DNA of 64,000 nucleotides from a virus (lineage: Duplodnaviria > Caudoviricetes): positions 128,001-192,000 of the IMG/VR virus record IMGVR_UViG_3300028805_002025. One strand, written 5' to 3'. Of this stretch, positions 47,047-56,317 are shown in pieces. The notes below the pieces were generated by a model. That model made no database searches. It was given only the letters and a program-made list of their open reading frames with translations, and was not told the DNA's origin. The position numbers and the translations under genes are program-made. Numbering within the stretch: position 1 is the first letter of the stretch; every line of letters begins with the position of its first letter.

Positions 47047-47427
47047 TTATCTCTTACCCCCAGTATCAGTTAATACCTTATCACTCTCCAGGAATACCTT
47101 CTTGAAGAACTCGTAAAGTGAGCTTGTTGGGTGGTCTGCGTACTTCTTCAGACCCTCAATTGCTGTTTCTCTAATCTTACCAATGATTGGCTCATGCTGG
47201 ATAACCTCCTGTGCATGCATTGCTATCTCTTCCTCAGAGTCTCCCTGTCCCATCATCATCTGCTGCTGTGGCTGAACAAGTGAAGGGTCTGGCTGCTCCT
47301 GCTGCATTTGTGCGCCCATAGGTGGCTGTCCCATTTGACTCTGCCAGTCCTCAAAAATGAATGACTCAGATAGCTGTGTCTTGAGGTTATTTAATTCTTC
47401 TACTAAAGTTTTAATATCCTTTTTCAT
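47047..47427 (-). CDS. hypothetical late protein, Gln/Met-rich
   Basis: 126 aa; TATTTATA at 47446-47453; LVEE/LSES/IFE motifs. Confidence 0.75.
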   Translation of the reverse strand: MKKDIKTLVEELNNLKTQLSESFIFEDWQSQMGQPPMGAQMQQEQPDPSLVQPQQQMMMGQGDSEEEIAMHAQEVIQHEPIIGKIRETAIEGLKKYADHPTSSLYEFFKKVFLESDKVLTDTGGKR

Positions 47428-47481
47428 ATAAACGTTTATTTTCTATATAAATATTAAATAAGGTTAAAAATAGGTGGCATC

Positions 47482-47513
47482 CTTGGATAATTCAGAATTT
47501 TTTCTTATCTTTG
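47482..47513 (+). promoter_or_regulatory. sigma-A promoter
   Basis: CTTG-N20-TATCTTTG. Confidence 0.75.
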
Positions 47514-47542
47514 CAGCAGAATTAATTTTAAATGATAAAAAT

Positions 47543-47905
47543 ATGAAACTAGAAGATTTAAGAAAAAAAATTGCATCGAAGAGCATTAGCTCGTGTTTTA
47601 TGGTAGAACGTGGTAAAATTTATGAGTTTAAGATTGCTTTAATTAAAGGCGAGAAGTCTATTTCGAGTATTTACACAGGAGAGCCACGTTCCTTCAGTGT
47701 TGGGCTTGAAAATCCACATAACAAAGAAATATGGAAACCAGATTATGCAACACCATTCATTGATGTTATGGGTATTGATGATAATGGAAAATTAATATTA
47801 ACTGATTATAAACAAGCTGGGTTTGATGCTCCAGGTGTTTGGTTCACCATCAATGGTGACTTCTTCTTATCAAGGCACAACGCAGAAGAATTTATTAACT
47901 GTTAA
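47543..47905 (+). CDS. hypothetical protein
   Basis: first in-frame ATG after promoter (MKLEDL...). Confidence 0.7.
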   Translation: MKLEDLRKKIASKSISSCFMVERGKIYEFKIALIKGEKSISSIYTGEPRSFSVGLENPHNKEIWKPDYATPFIDVMGIDDNGKLILTDYKQAGFDAPGVWFTINGDFFLSRHNAEEFINC

Positions 47906-47909
47906 ACAT

Positions 47910-48152
47910 ATGATGAAGCTTGCTAGACAAAGTATTGGTTTTTTTGAACCAACCCATCTTGTACATAAGGGTAAGGGTGGAAACAGGACAATTTCTATTG
48001 TAAAAATACAGATTTCTGTTAGAAGTAAAAAACCTACTATACTATACAATTCAAGAAAAAAAGAATTTAAGTATAAAAATCTTTCTAACGAAAGTAAACG
48101 AATTGTTGATGAAATTGTTGAAAGAAATAAATGGTACTTTATGCATAAGTAA
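47910..48152 (+). CDS. small basic hypothetical protein
   Basis: MMKLARQS..., packed between neighbours. Confidence 0.55.
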   Translation: MMKLARQSIGFFEPTHLVHKGKGGNRTISIVKIQISVRSKKPTILYNSRKKEFKYKNLSNESKRIVDEIVERNKWYFMHK

Positions 48153-48167
48153 AAATAACTATGACAT

Positions 48168-48713
48168 ATGAATAAAAAGGAAATATTAACAACAAAGGGT
48201 AAAGAACTAGCTTTTCTTCTAAGACACGATAAGGAGGCATTCGACAATGGACTCATTGACCACAATGGCTGGAGAAACGTATCGGAATTGGCCTCTAACA
48301 AGGGATACTCAATTGACCTTATTGAAGAGATTGTCGCTACGAACAACAAGAAGCGGTATGAGTTCAATGAAGGCCATACAAAGATACGTGCAAGGCAGGG
48401 GCACTCAATCAATGTTGATGTGGGTCTTACAGAGGCTGAACCACCAGCAATTCTCTATCACGGCACTTCGAGTAATGTAATCGATGCCATATTAAGGGAA
48501 GGTATAAAGAAGGGTAGCAGACTCTACGTACACCTCTCCAAGGACACTGAGACTGCGACCAATGTCGGTTCAAGACACGGCACACCATGTATCCTCAGCA
48601 TCGATACCAAGAAGATGTACGAGGACGGTGTGAAGTTCTACCTGTCAAACAACGGTGTGTGGCTGACTGAATTCGTAGACCCTAAGTACATAAAAAAAGA
48701 GGAAGACCAGTAA
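48168..48713 (+). CDS. kptA: RNA 2'-phosphotransferase (Tpt1/KptA)
   Basis: LLRH, KKRY, IRARQGHS, LYHGT, RLYVHLS, NGVWL. Confidence 0.92.
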   Translation: MNKKEILTTKGKELAFLLRHDKEAFDNGLIDHNGWRNVSELASNKGYSIDLIEEIVATNNKKRYEFNEGHTKIRARQGHSINVDVGLTEAEPPAILYHGTSSNVIDAILREGIKKGSRLYVHLSKDTETATNVGSRHGTPCILSIDTKKMYEDGVKFYLSNNGVWLTEFVDPKYIKKEEDQ

Positions 48714-48728
48714 TCTTCCTCTTTTTTT
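48692..48728. terminator. bidirectional terminator
   Basis: A7-GAGGAAGA-CCAGTAA-TCTTCCTC-T7. Confidence 0.85.
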
Positions 48729-48738
48729 ATAGAGTTAT

Positions 48739-49731
48739 TTAGATATCATCAAATGAAACCCCCTCTTTTAACTGGGAAAGATTATTACAAACGTTTTCAT
48801 CGGTGTACAATCCACAAAACTTAGGATTACTCTTATACCCAGGAACGGTATTACTCTTTGGCACATAGTATAATAACTTAATGCCTTTGTCTTTACACAA
48901 CTGATTTTTGTATATATCTCGCTGTATGTTTTTGGTAAATAGTTCTTCAGCCCACTCTTTACCATTGTTTGCAAAATCCACTGGTTTAAAATGCTGTTCC
49001 CCCTGGCATTCAATTCCAACGTTTTTACCTAGTAGGAAAAAATCAAGCTTATTTTTGCCATTTGTTTCGTCATACTTGTATTGTTGAATAAATTCTATAT
49101 TGTTTTCTTCTAACAAACTACGCACCTCACTCTCTATTTTACTTTGTCTACAATGAGGACACCCTTGACCACGAAGATGGTCTCCTGGACGTTGCAAAAA
49201 CTCACCATGAATAGGGCATATAATTGTAAGAGGGGTGTGTATTCCGTTATATTCAGATTTACTGTAGTCGTATTTATCACAGTGAACATTTTGTGCATCA
49301 TTTATAAAAGACTCCAACGTTCTCTTAGCATTACCACTACAATGAGGACAACCTTGCTTTCTTAATATATGTTTCTCTGGAGTTTGAAGAAATATTCCGT
49401 GTTCTGGACAAACTATTTCAACTTTGGTTCTATTGTTAACATACTTAACTCTAGAATAATCATATTTACCATTATGAATTTCATTTGCTCTTTTTATAAA
49501 ATCTTCAATAGGTTGGCTCATTTTTCTTGCCGACTTTTCATAGCGGCATATTGGACAGCCCTCACCCCTTCTATGATTATCTGGTGTTATTTCAAATATG
49601 ATATTATGTTTTTTACATTTAATTTTAACTTTTGTTTTGGCGTTTATATATTCTGATTCAGAGTAATCATATTCATCACCATGAACTTTTTTACATTTTT
49701 CTATCCATTGTTCTGTTGTTAATTTTCTCAT
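48739..49731 (-). CDS. free-standing homing endonuclease: Zn-finger repeats plus PD-(D/E)xK nuclease
   Basis: three CxxH...GCPxC repeats; SKIESEV...LDFFL...GIECQGEQHF; paralog of 6606..7562. Confidence 0.75.
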   Translation of the reverse strand: MRKLTTEQWIEKCKKVHGDEYDYSESEYINAKTKVKIKCKKHNIIFEITPDNHRRGEGCPICRYEKSARKMSQPIEDFIKRANEIHNGKYDYSRVKYVNNRTKVEIVCPEHGIFLQTPEKHILRKQGCPHCSGNAKRTLESFINDAQNVHCDKYDYSKSEYNGIHTPLTIICPIHGEFLQRPGDHLRGQGCPHCRQSKIESEVRSLLEENNIEFIQQYKYDETNGKNKLDFFLLGKNVGIECQGEQHFKPVDFANNGKEWAEELFTKNIQRDIYKNQLCKDKGIKLLYYVPKSNTVPGYKSNPKFCGLYTDENVCNNLSQLKEGVSFDDI

Positions 49732-49747
49732 ACAATATATATTTACT

Positions 49748-49755
49748 TATAAATA
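49748..49755 (-). promoter_or_regulatory. putative late promoter TATTTATA
   Basis: about 17 nt before ATG. Confidence 0.55.
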
Positions 49756-49797
49756 TTGTTATATCCTCAAAAGTAACACCTTTATTTATATTTTTTT

Positions 49798-49845
49798 TGC
49801 AAAGATATATAAAAAACAGGAGAAAAACAAATATTTCTCCTGTTA
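49798..49845 (-). promoter_or_regulatory. fused terminator / sigma-A promoter
   Basis: AACAGGAGAAA-TATTTGTT-TTTCTCCTGTT-T-tract-TATCTTTG. Confidence 0.8.
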
Positions 49846-49880
49846 ATTTATAGAATTTTATGTAACTTCTTGATTATCAA

Positions 49881-52800
49881 TTAGATATCTGAAAATGAGA
49901 CACCTTCTGGGGTCAAAATGAAGTCGATTACAATGTACTCAAGAGCGTTGTAAGGCTTGAAGTAAATCTTAACTGGAAGCTCTCTTCTCTCTCTTGACTC
50001 GATTGTGTCGTTAATCTCGATTCTATAATCAGAGATACCTCTGTTACTTCTGATGCTATCCATGATTGGAGTTACGGTAGACAAGAATGACTGCTTAACA
50101 GTTGGGTCATTTGGCTCGAAGATAAGTCCTATGCAAGAGATTGCAATCAACTTTCTCATTCTGAGCAACAGTCTACGAACTGCAATACGGTTGAGCTGAG
50201 ACTCATTAATCTGAAGGTTCTTCTGACCCCAAATCTTAGGTCCATCCTGTGCGAATGTCTTGATTGGGTTGATTCTACCATCGTAAAGAACATCCTCGTC
50301 TGCCAACTTGGTGATGAAGTGTGCTCTTACACAGTCAACGTTACCACGCTCGATACCTGCTGGTGCGAACCAAGGCCATGACGTGTTATCCGTCTGTGCG
50401 AAGTTTCTAACTGCATCCTTCGTTGCTGGCAAGTAAATGTACTGACTGTTGTCAACGTCCAAGTACTTAACCCAAGGATAGTATGTACAAGAGTAGTTAG
50501 AATCAATCTCAGAATCCTCAAGGTTTCCTACCGCCTCGTCTGGGGTGTACATCTCATCAACGTAATCACCAGCGCCACTTGGTTTATCTGGGGTTGTTAC
50601 AACGTAGATTGAGTCTGCTCTCTCTTCCTCAATCATTTCGATAGCCTCGTTAACAAGAAGCTTCTGGTTCACATAGTCGATACCTGGGGTAGCGAATACG
50701 TTAATGTCGGTTGCCTCTGGGTTAGAGAACTGTCTGATTGCGCTCAAGTAAGCATACCAGTCAGATGTGATACCGTTCTGATTCAACTGTAGAAGGTCTG
50801 GGTCTTTGATTCTGTTGAATGCATAACCCTCACCGCTACCTGTATTGATATATCCTCTGTACTGAGACATCTTATACTCGTCAGTATTGGTTCTCTCATC
50901 TCTGTAGTCATCCCATCCATCGAATGCACCGTAGAAGTATACCGTAAACTTACGAAGATTTACATACTCATAGATTGAACCATACATTTCCTCCTCTGTT
51001 CCAATCATTGGAATACCCTGTAGAATTGATGTTCTAGAGTCTGTAGATACACAGTCAAATACATAACCGCTTACACCATCTACAGTATATTTCTCTGCTG
51101 CTAGACCACCATTAACACTGTCAAGCCTTGAGTCAAGGTGGAATCCATGAGACATAAACCTTGGGTCATTGATATATGCCTTATTACCCTTGAAGGTGAA
51201 GTTGTCAATATCGACACCAACCCAAGAAGAAAGTCCAAAGTACTGCTTCCTGTTCTTAACGTCTGGGTTGAAGAATCTGTTGTACTTCAAATCTGGCATT
51301 GTTATACCAGTCTTCTTCTCACCTGTTATTGGTAGACCACCGTAGTTAGGTACTGGGTATCCCAAGAATCCAGCAGGAACTGAAGTCCTTGTAGCTGTAG
51401 ACTCGATAACCTCAACTGTAATATACTTAGACTTAGACTCGTATACACCGTCGAATGTACCAATCTTGTAGCCAATGAAGCTTGAATCACCAGGAGTCAT
51501 AGAACAACGTCCGAATCTCTCAAGTGGGATGATAGACTCATCCACATCATCGATTCTACGTACAACTACGTCGAATACACCCTCATCTGGTCTGATATTC
51601 TCGATAGACACCTTAATCTCGTAGTTTGCACTGTTACCATCAGAAATGGTGTGGAATCTGAACAACTTGTTAAGCTCAACATGCTCATAGTCACCCTTCA
51701 AGTTAGAAACAATCCAAGGTGTAGAAGCATATCTGTAAGCTGACTTATAGTCGTTAAGGTCAAGCTCTACGAATGCAACATCTTCTTTATTACCAGTCTC
51801 ACCATTCATTCTGTAGTAAAGACCATCATATGTGTTCAACACCAATGTAGCAAATTCTTTCTTAGCGTTTATTCTAGAAAGCTTGGTTTGGCTTTCAATT
51901 CCCTTTGTACCTCCGCTAAGAAGGTTTCCGTACATATTTGTTGGGTCAAGAACTTTATCTTTATCGGATACTGTAGCTCCTGGAGCATATTCGTCTACCA
52001 CCTTATTAACACTGTCTACAGTATAGAATCCATAATAATAATGTCTCTTACCATCAGCAGTTGTATACTGTCTTACGGTATAAATCTGACCAATCTGCAT
52101 CTTGAACTGTGCTGGTATCGTATCAGCAACTGCCTTGTCGTCTTCCGTTAGACAGGTAAACGCATTTGTTATAGCTGTGTTTCCTATAATAGCAGTTGTA
52201 ATCGCTGAATTAGCTACAACAACAATTTTACCAGATTCATCTTTTGTCTTCATACCAACCATAATAGGATTTCCAGTGTTGTAGTCCAATGCTACGCATG
52301 TGAATGCACTATCGCTAGCTGCTGCCTTATCAGCAAGGAATCTCTGTCCTACATGTCTTCTTCTAAGAGAAGTTGAAGGCATTGATACTATGCTGCTAAC
52401 TGGCTCATGGTGGCAATAGTCAGCTGTGTAGTAAACCTGGAATCCAGAAAGAGCACCATCAATCTCTGTAAGTCTGCCCTCTGCAATACCCTGGTCAAGT
52501 GCTACGTCATAAAGTGACTCAACGAAGATATAAGCATCACCATCATATGGCTTTGTACCAAGTACGTTAAGGATGTACTCCTTATCATATGGGTTAAGCG
52601 ATACTGCATACTCAAAGTAACCATTCTCGAATTGCTTCTGTGTAATTATAGTGTCAACATCGCTCTTACAATGAGCACCATATACACCCACAAGTTTGAA
52701 TCTACCGTGATTGTACTGTGAAATAGCATTCCAAGAATCACCTTCAACACCTGTTATTTCATAGCCTTCGCACTCATCACCATCACTGTTGATTGGTATA

Positions 52801-53354
52801 TATGGCTTAATCTGAAGTGCGTTAAGGTTATATTCCTTCTTTGAGCAGTCATTAACCTCACTATCAGAAAGTGCTGGCTCACCAACATAGAAGCTCAATG
52901 AGTCATACTTTGAAGGCTCACAGGTACAAACCGTAGTAAAGCCTGTCTGGAATGGCTTGTAAGTACCACGTGAACGAAGGAGAGCTACTGCCTGTCTATT
53001 ACCAGTACCTTTAGATGCTGTAACAAGCCAAGCAGGACCTGCATTATAACCACTAAGTCCAAGCACACGAACAACCTTAAGCTGCTCACTTTCAGTCAAA
53101 TATGACTTTGCAATGTAAGGCAACTCATATTTAGGGTACTGACTTCCCTTAAACTTCTCAGTACTTGTTCCACCAAATGTCTCCTGGAACTCACGCCAGT
53201 TGGCGATGTCCATTGGCTGGAAAGCAGGACCTTTCAAGGTCTCACCCACAACACCAAGTGTTGTGATACCAAGGCTACGAACTGCGTAAGTCATGTCGAT
53301 TTCCCTGGTATATATACCTGGTGAAACATGTATTCCTCTTGCATTATCTGCCAT
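49881..53354 (-). CDS. contractile tail sheath protein, T4 gp18-like
   Basis: SPGIYTREID, GETLKGPAF, YSCTYYPW, PWFAPAG, RINPI, IWGQKNL, VRRLL, FEPND. Confidence 0.92.
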   Translation of the reverse strand: MADNARGIHVSPGIYTREIDMTYAVRSLGITTLGVVGETLKGPAFQPMDIANWREFQETFGGTSTEKFKGSQYPKYELPYIAKSYLTESEQLKVVRVLGLSGYNAGPAWLVTASKGTGNRQAVALLRSRGTYKPFQTGFTTVCTCEPSKYDSLSFYVGEPALSDSEVNDCSKKEYNLNALQIKPYIPINSDGDECEGYEITGVEGDSWNAISQYNHGRFKLVGVYGAHCKSDVDTIITQKQFENGYFEYAVSLNPYDKEYILNVLGTKPYDGDAYIFVESLYDVALDQGIAEGRLTEIDGALSGFQVYYTADYCHHEPVSSIVSMPSTSLRRRHVGQRFLADKAAASDSAFTCVALDYNTGNPIMVGMKTKDESGKIVVVANSAITTAIIGNTAITNAFTCLTEDDKAVADTIPAQFKMQIGQIYTVRQYTTADGKRHYYYGFYTVDSVNKVVDEYAPGATVSDKDKVLDPTNMYGNLLSGGTKGIESQTKLSRINAKKEFATLVLNTYDGLYYRMNGETGNKEDVAFVELDLNDYKSAYRYASTPWIVSNLKGDYEHVELNKLFRFHTISDGNSANYEIKVSIENIRPDEGVFDVVVRRIDDVDESIIPLERFGRCSMTPGDSSFIGYKIGTFDGVYESKSKYITVEVIESTATRTSVPAGFLGYPVPNYGGLPITGEKKTGITMPDLKYNRFFNPDVKNRKQYFGLSSWVGVDIDNFTFKGNKAYINDPRFMSHGFHLDSRLDSVNGGLAAEKYTVDGVSGYVFDCVSTDSRTSILQGIPMIGTEEEMYGSIYEYVNLRKFTVYFYGAFDGWDDYRDERTNTDEYKMSQYRGYINTGSGEGYAFNRIKDPDLLQLNQNGITSDWYAYLSAIRQFSNPEATDINVFATPGIDYVNQKLLVNEAIEMIEEERADSIYVVTTPDKPSGAGDYVDEMYTPDEAVGNLEDSEIDSNYSCTYYPWVKYLDVDNSQYIYLPATKDAVRNFAQTDNTSWPWFAPAGIERGNVDCVRAHFITKLADEDVLYDGRINPIKTFAQDGPKIWGQKNLQINESQLNRIAVRRLLLRMRKLIAISCIGLIFEPNDPTVKQSFLSTVTPIMDSIRSNRGISDYRIEINDTIESRERRELPVKIYFKPYNALEYIVIDFILTPEGVSFSDI

Positions 53355-53396
53355 AATTTCTTTAATATTTAAATTTTATTAGTTATTTTTCTTATA

Positions 53397-53404
53397 TATA
53401 AATA
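53397..53404 (-). promoter_or_regulatory. putative late promoter TATTTATA
   Basis: about 43 nt before sheath ATG. Confidence 0.6.
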
Positions 53405-53418
53405 TTTAATGTGTCCCA

Positions 53419-53754
53419 TTAATTACCCCAGAACTTGTTTTTTGCAACAATATTTTTAAACTCCTCATCCTCAACGGTATCCGTCATAAAGTCAATGAAT
53501 CTAAGCATTTTGGACACATCTAAGTGAACTTCTTCCTGTATTAACTTATTGTGATACTCCTTGAGTTTATCCTTGTCCTTGAACTTGTTGTAATACTCTT
53601 CCTGGAGTTTAAAGAAAAGGTTTGTAACCCTTCCAACATCCTTTAAATAGTCATACAATACACGAACATTCTCGAAAGATAAGTCAAACTTGAACCTGTT
53701 CTCTATCTCCAACAGGAATCTTTCTACAATCATCAATTTTTCTACTGTAATCAT
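53419..53754 (-). CDS. hypothetical protein
   Basis: 111 aa; TATTTATA at 53775-53782. Confidence 0.75.
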   Translation of the reverse strand: MITVEKLMIVERFLLEIENRFKFDLSFENVRVLYDYLKDVGRVTNLFFKLQEEYYNKFKDKDKLKEYHNKLIQEEVHLDVSKMLRFIDFMTDTVEDEEFKNIVAKNKFWGN

Positions 53755-53804
53755 TGTAACACTGTTTTATTAATTATAAATATCAGCCCAAACCCGAAAA
53801 CACA

Positions 53805-53833
53805 AAATGGGCGGTCAATAAAACCGTCCATTT
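53805..53833 (-). terminator. probable terminator
   Basis: AAATGGACGGT/ACCGCCCATTT stem right after the stop of 53832..55169. Confidence 0.6.
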
Positions 53834-55169
53834 ATTCTTCGCCCTCTGATGGGTCTATTAATATCTCCTCATTGTAATAAGGCTCATCAAGTGATGACTC
53901 TGGTACATCAAGCTTGTCGAACTTCGTGTGTGGGTCATATCCGACAAGGGTCAATACAGACGTACCGAACTCATCCTCCCTTGAAATCCTCACGGTAATT
54001 TCATCATCCTTAAGGAAAGTAATTCCATTGTCAAGATTCATTACCTCACCGTTGACTATTATCTTGAAATCGTATACATTCTCTGTCTCCACTGAATCAA
54101 GCACCATGTCCTTATCAATCTTGAATGTAAGTTCAAGTATACATTCGTCAAAATTCATGACTACCTTCATGGTCTTATAGAAGTACCTGTCGTCTGGTGG
54201 TGGGCAACACTCATCATTACCGTCAAGCTCCTCAAGAATTTCTGGTGGCGGAGGTGTAACATCCTTTAATGGTGGTACTTCGCACTCATCATCATTCTTT
54301 AATGCATTCTCCAAGAACCCAATCTTGTTTCCAGTGAACATTCCGTCAAGGCCCTCTACGAAGTGAACCTTCTCATCTTCTCTTCTGTTTTTACCCCTCC
54401 TGTTTACTATTCCAGTTGCATCAGAATCGTGTGAACTTATCACAAGTCTTGAAGGTATTCTCTCAACCTTATAGTCCTCTCTCCTTATTATATAACCCTT
54501 TAGTTTTACCTTGAATGTCTGAGAGTAATATTTACGGTCATCTATGGCGTATTCTGACTCGTCTGACACATCTTCAAGGGTAAGAGGCATTGGATGGCCA
54601 TTAGGAGAAATATAAGCCGTTATAGCATTAAATTCGTAATGCATCAGCTCATTCATTTCATTCAGTATCTCCATCTTATTCGTTATGATTGATACAGAAT
54701 ATATGAAATTGACAGCAAATGGCTGCTTCATGGTGTACTTGTCATAAGCCTCAGTACCGTTCTCCTGTAATACAGGAACGTAGAACATAGCGAAATCCTT
54801 GTGACCTGGTATATTGAAGTAACTACCCTGGTTTTCGCCCTTCTGTGGATTATTCTCACGTGTGATGGTCTTGAAATTCATTATAACATTGCCATAATCA
54901 TCCGTCTGACTCCATGTCTGTGAGTATTCACTTATCCTCTGTGTTGAATACAGCTTGTATGTAGGTAGTCTCACACCATCGTAGACAAGATTAAACTTCT
55001 TGTCAACCCAATTGAACATTTCCTGGTCTATGTCGGAGTACTCTATACTTTTTGGTATGGGAGTCCCATACTCCAAGATTAGCTTCGACATGTTGCGTCT
55101 TCTCTCCGTCCCGTAAGCATGGCGACGAAGCCTCAGCTTGTCCATATATGGCTTTGGTTGTATTAACAT
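53832..55169 (-). CDS. tail terminator / sheath stabiliser, T4 gp15-like
   Basis: DIDQEMFNW, PFAVNFIYSVSIIT..MEILNEMNE, FKVKLKGYI; upstream of sheath. Confidence 0.55.
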   Translation of the reverse strand: MLIQPKPYMDKLRLRRHAYGTERRRNMSKLILEYGTPIPKSIEYSDIDQEMFNWVDKKFNLVYDGVRLPTYKLYSTQRISEYSQTWSQTDDYGNVIMNFKTITRENNPQKGENQGSYFNIPGHKDFAMFYVPVLQENGTEAYDKYTMKQPFAVNFIYSVSIITNKMEILNEMNELMHYEFNAITAYISPNGHPMPLTLEDVSDESEYAIDDRKYYSQTFKVKLKGYIIRREDYKVERIPSRLVISSHDSDATGIVNRRGKNRREDEKVHFVEGLDGMFTGNKIGFLENALKNDDECEVPPLKDVTPPPPEILEELDGNDECCPPPDDRYFYKTMKVVMNFDECILELTFKIDKDMVLDSVETENVYDFKIIVNGEVMNLDNGITFLKDDEITVRISREDEFGTSVLTLVGYDPHTKFDKLDVPESSLDEPYYNEEILIDPSEGEE

Positions 55170-55189
55170 TTCTATACTTTTTTATTTCC

Positions 55190-55202
55190 TATAAATATTT
55201 AT
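55190..55202. promoter_or_regulatory. palindromic pair of divergent late motifs (ATAAATATTTAT)
   Basis: about 21 and 23 nt from the two divergent ATGs. Confidence 0.6.
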
Positions 55203-55224
55203 TATATATAAAAACAGAAACATT

Positions 55225-55440
55225 ATGAAGAAGATTATAAGACTTACAGAATCAGACCTTCACAAAATCGTGAAAGAATCAGTAAACAAAATACTTGGAG
55301 AACTTAAAGGATACACATATGACCCTACAGATGGAGGGTATTATGATAGATTTGGAAATGAGGCTGAATACGATGAAGATGGCGTGCCTTATGACCCATA
55401 CGAATATGAAGGAGAAGATTATCTGGGTAATCCAGTATAA
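55225..55440 (+). CDS. small acidic protein with KKIIRLTESDL leader, candidate internal head protein
   Basis: MKKIIRLTESDLHKIVKESVNKILGE then Tyr/Asp-rich tail. Confidence 0.8.
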   Translation: MKKIIRLTESDLHKIVKESVNKILGELKGYTYDPTDGGYYDRFGNEAEYDEDGVPYDPYEYEGEDYLGNPV

Positions 55441-55446
55441 ACAATA

Positions 55447-55476
55447 AAAGGACTCAAACGCTTGAGTCCTTTTTTA
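55447..55476. terminator. bidirectional terminator
   Basis: AAAAGGACTCAA-ACGC-TTGAGTCCTTTT. Confidence 0.8.
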
Positions 55477-56317
55477 TTATCTTTATATCCTTAGGATTAA
55501 ATATAACGTAATTCTTGAATTTCTTCCCTGTTTCAGTGTTTGTATGCACCCACACAAGTCCTTTATAGCCAAGTTTATCATGTAGGAATTCACTTGTTTC
55601 CTTGTCACTACCAAGGAAAGACGATATTGTGCCATAAAGTGTGTTTCCATCTGTTGAATGACCAATATATTTGCATTCCTCATCCCAGAACTCTCTTTCA
55701 TAACCAGCATACGCCTCACTGCCATACTCATGTTCCTTCGTATAGTAGTTAAAGAAAACACGTGCAATTCTCATTGCCAATGCTGGACTTATTCTATCAA
55801 GGTTAAGATATCCCTTATCTGGTATTTCAACAGTATATATCATGCCTACCTGCGAATATTCCTTGGCACATTCATAACTTGTGGTAAGATAAGCACCATA
55901 TCCATAAGCTTGCTGTCCCCATCCGCTTGACATATAGGCAAAATCGAATTCATTGAAATCATGTGGCGAGCCATGAAACAGCTCAAGTTCATCAATAGCT
56001 TCCATGATGTATCTGCTAATCTTAGATTCCCAGGCATAATCTTTTCTACCAGCAGGCTCTATGAAACCGTCTGGATTATAGTCTTGCCTCATGACGGGAT
56101 GTTTAACCTCTGGAGCACAGCATTTCTTGAACAGAGGAAAGTCCCTTGCAATCTCTGTTTTCAGACTGTTAACATAGCCACCCTTTCCTCCGACACGCTT
56201 AAATCCATATCCTTTCAGCTTGGCAAATTTGTGTATTGCTGCTGGTGGTGGAACTGTTGGTAGGTTATATGCCTTGGCAATATCCCTTGCTATTGTCTTT
56301 GGGTCTAAAATCTTCAT
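55454..56317 (-). CDS. ADP-ribosyltransferase-like protein (ART-PolyVal-type domain)
   Basis: LFHGSPHDFNEFD...GWGQQAYGYGAYLT...AKEY...IYTVEI...GYKGL...NYVIFNP; TATTTATA at 56334-56341. Confidence 0.7.
   Translation of the reverse strand: MKILDPKTIARDIAKAYNLPTVPPPAAIHKFAKLKGYGFKRVGGKGGYVNSLKTEIARDFPLFKKCCAPEVKHPVMRQDYNPDGFIEPAGRKDYAWESKISRYIMEAIDELELFHGSPHDFNEFDFAYMSSGWGQQAYGYGAYLTTSYECAKEYSQVGMIYTVEIPDKGYLNLDRISPALAMRIARVFFNYYTKEHEYGSEAYAGYEREFWDEECKYIGHSTDGNTLYGTISSFLGSDKETSEFLHDKLGYKGLVWVHTNTETGKKFKNYVIFNPKDIKIIKKDSSV

Noticed and set aside
48739-49907. Group I intron joining the sheath gene to the downstream EGVSFDDI exon
   Set aside because: A U|...G| junction can be drawn, but the sheath already has a complete end and stop, a terminator follows, and only about 150 AT-rich nt remain, with no ribozyme core visible.
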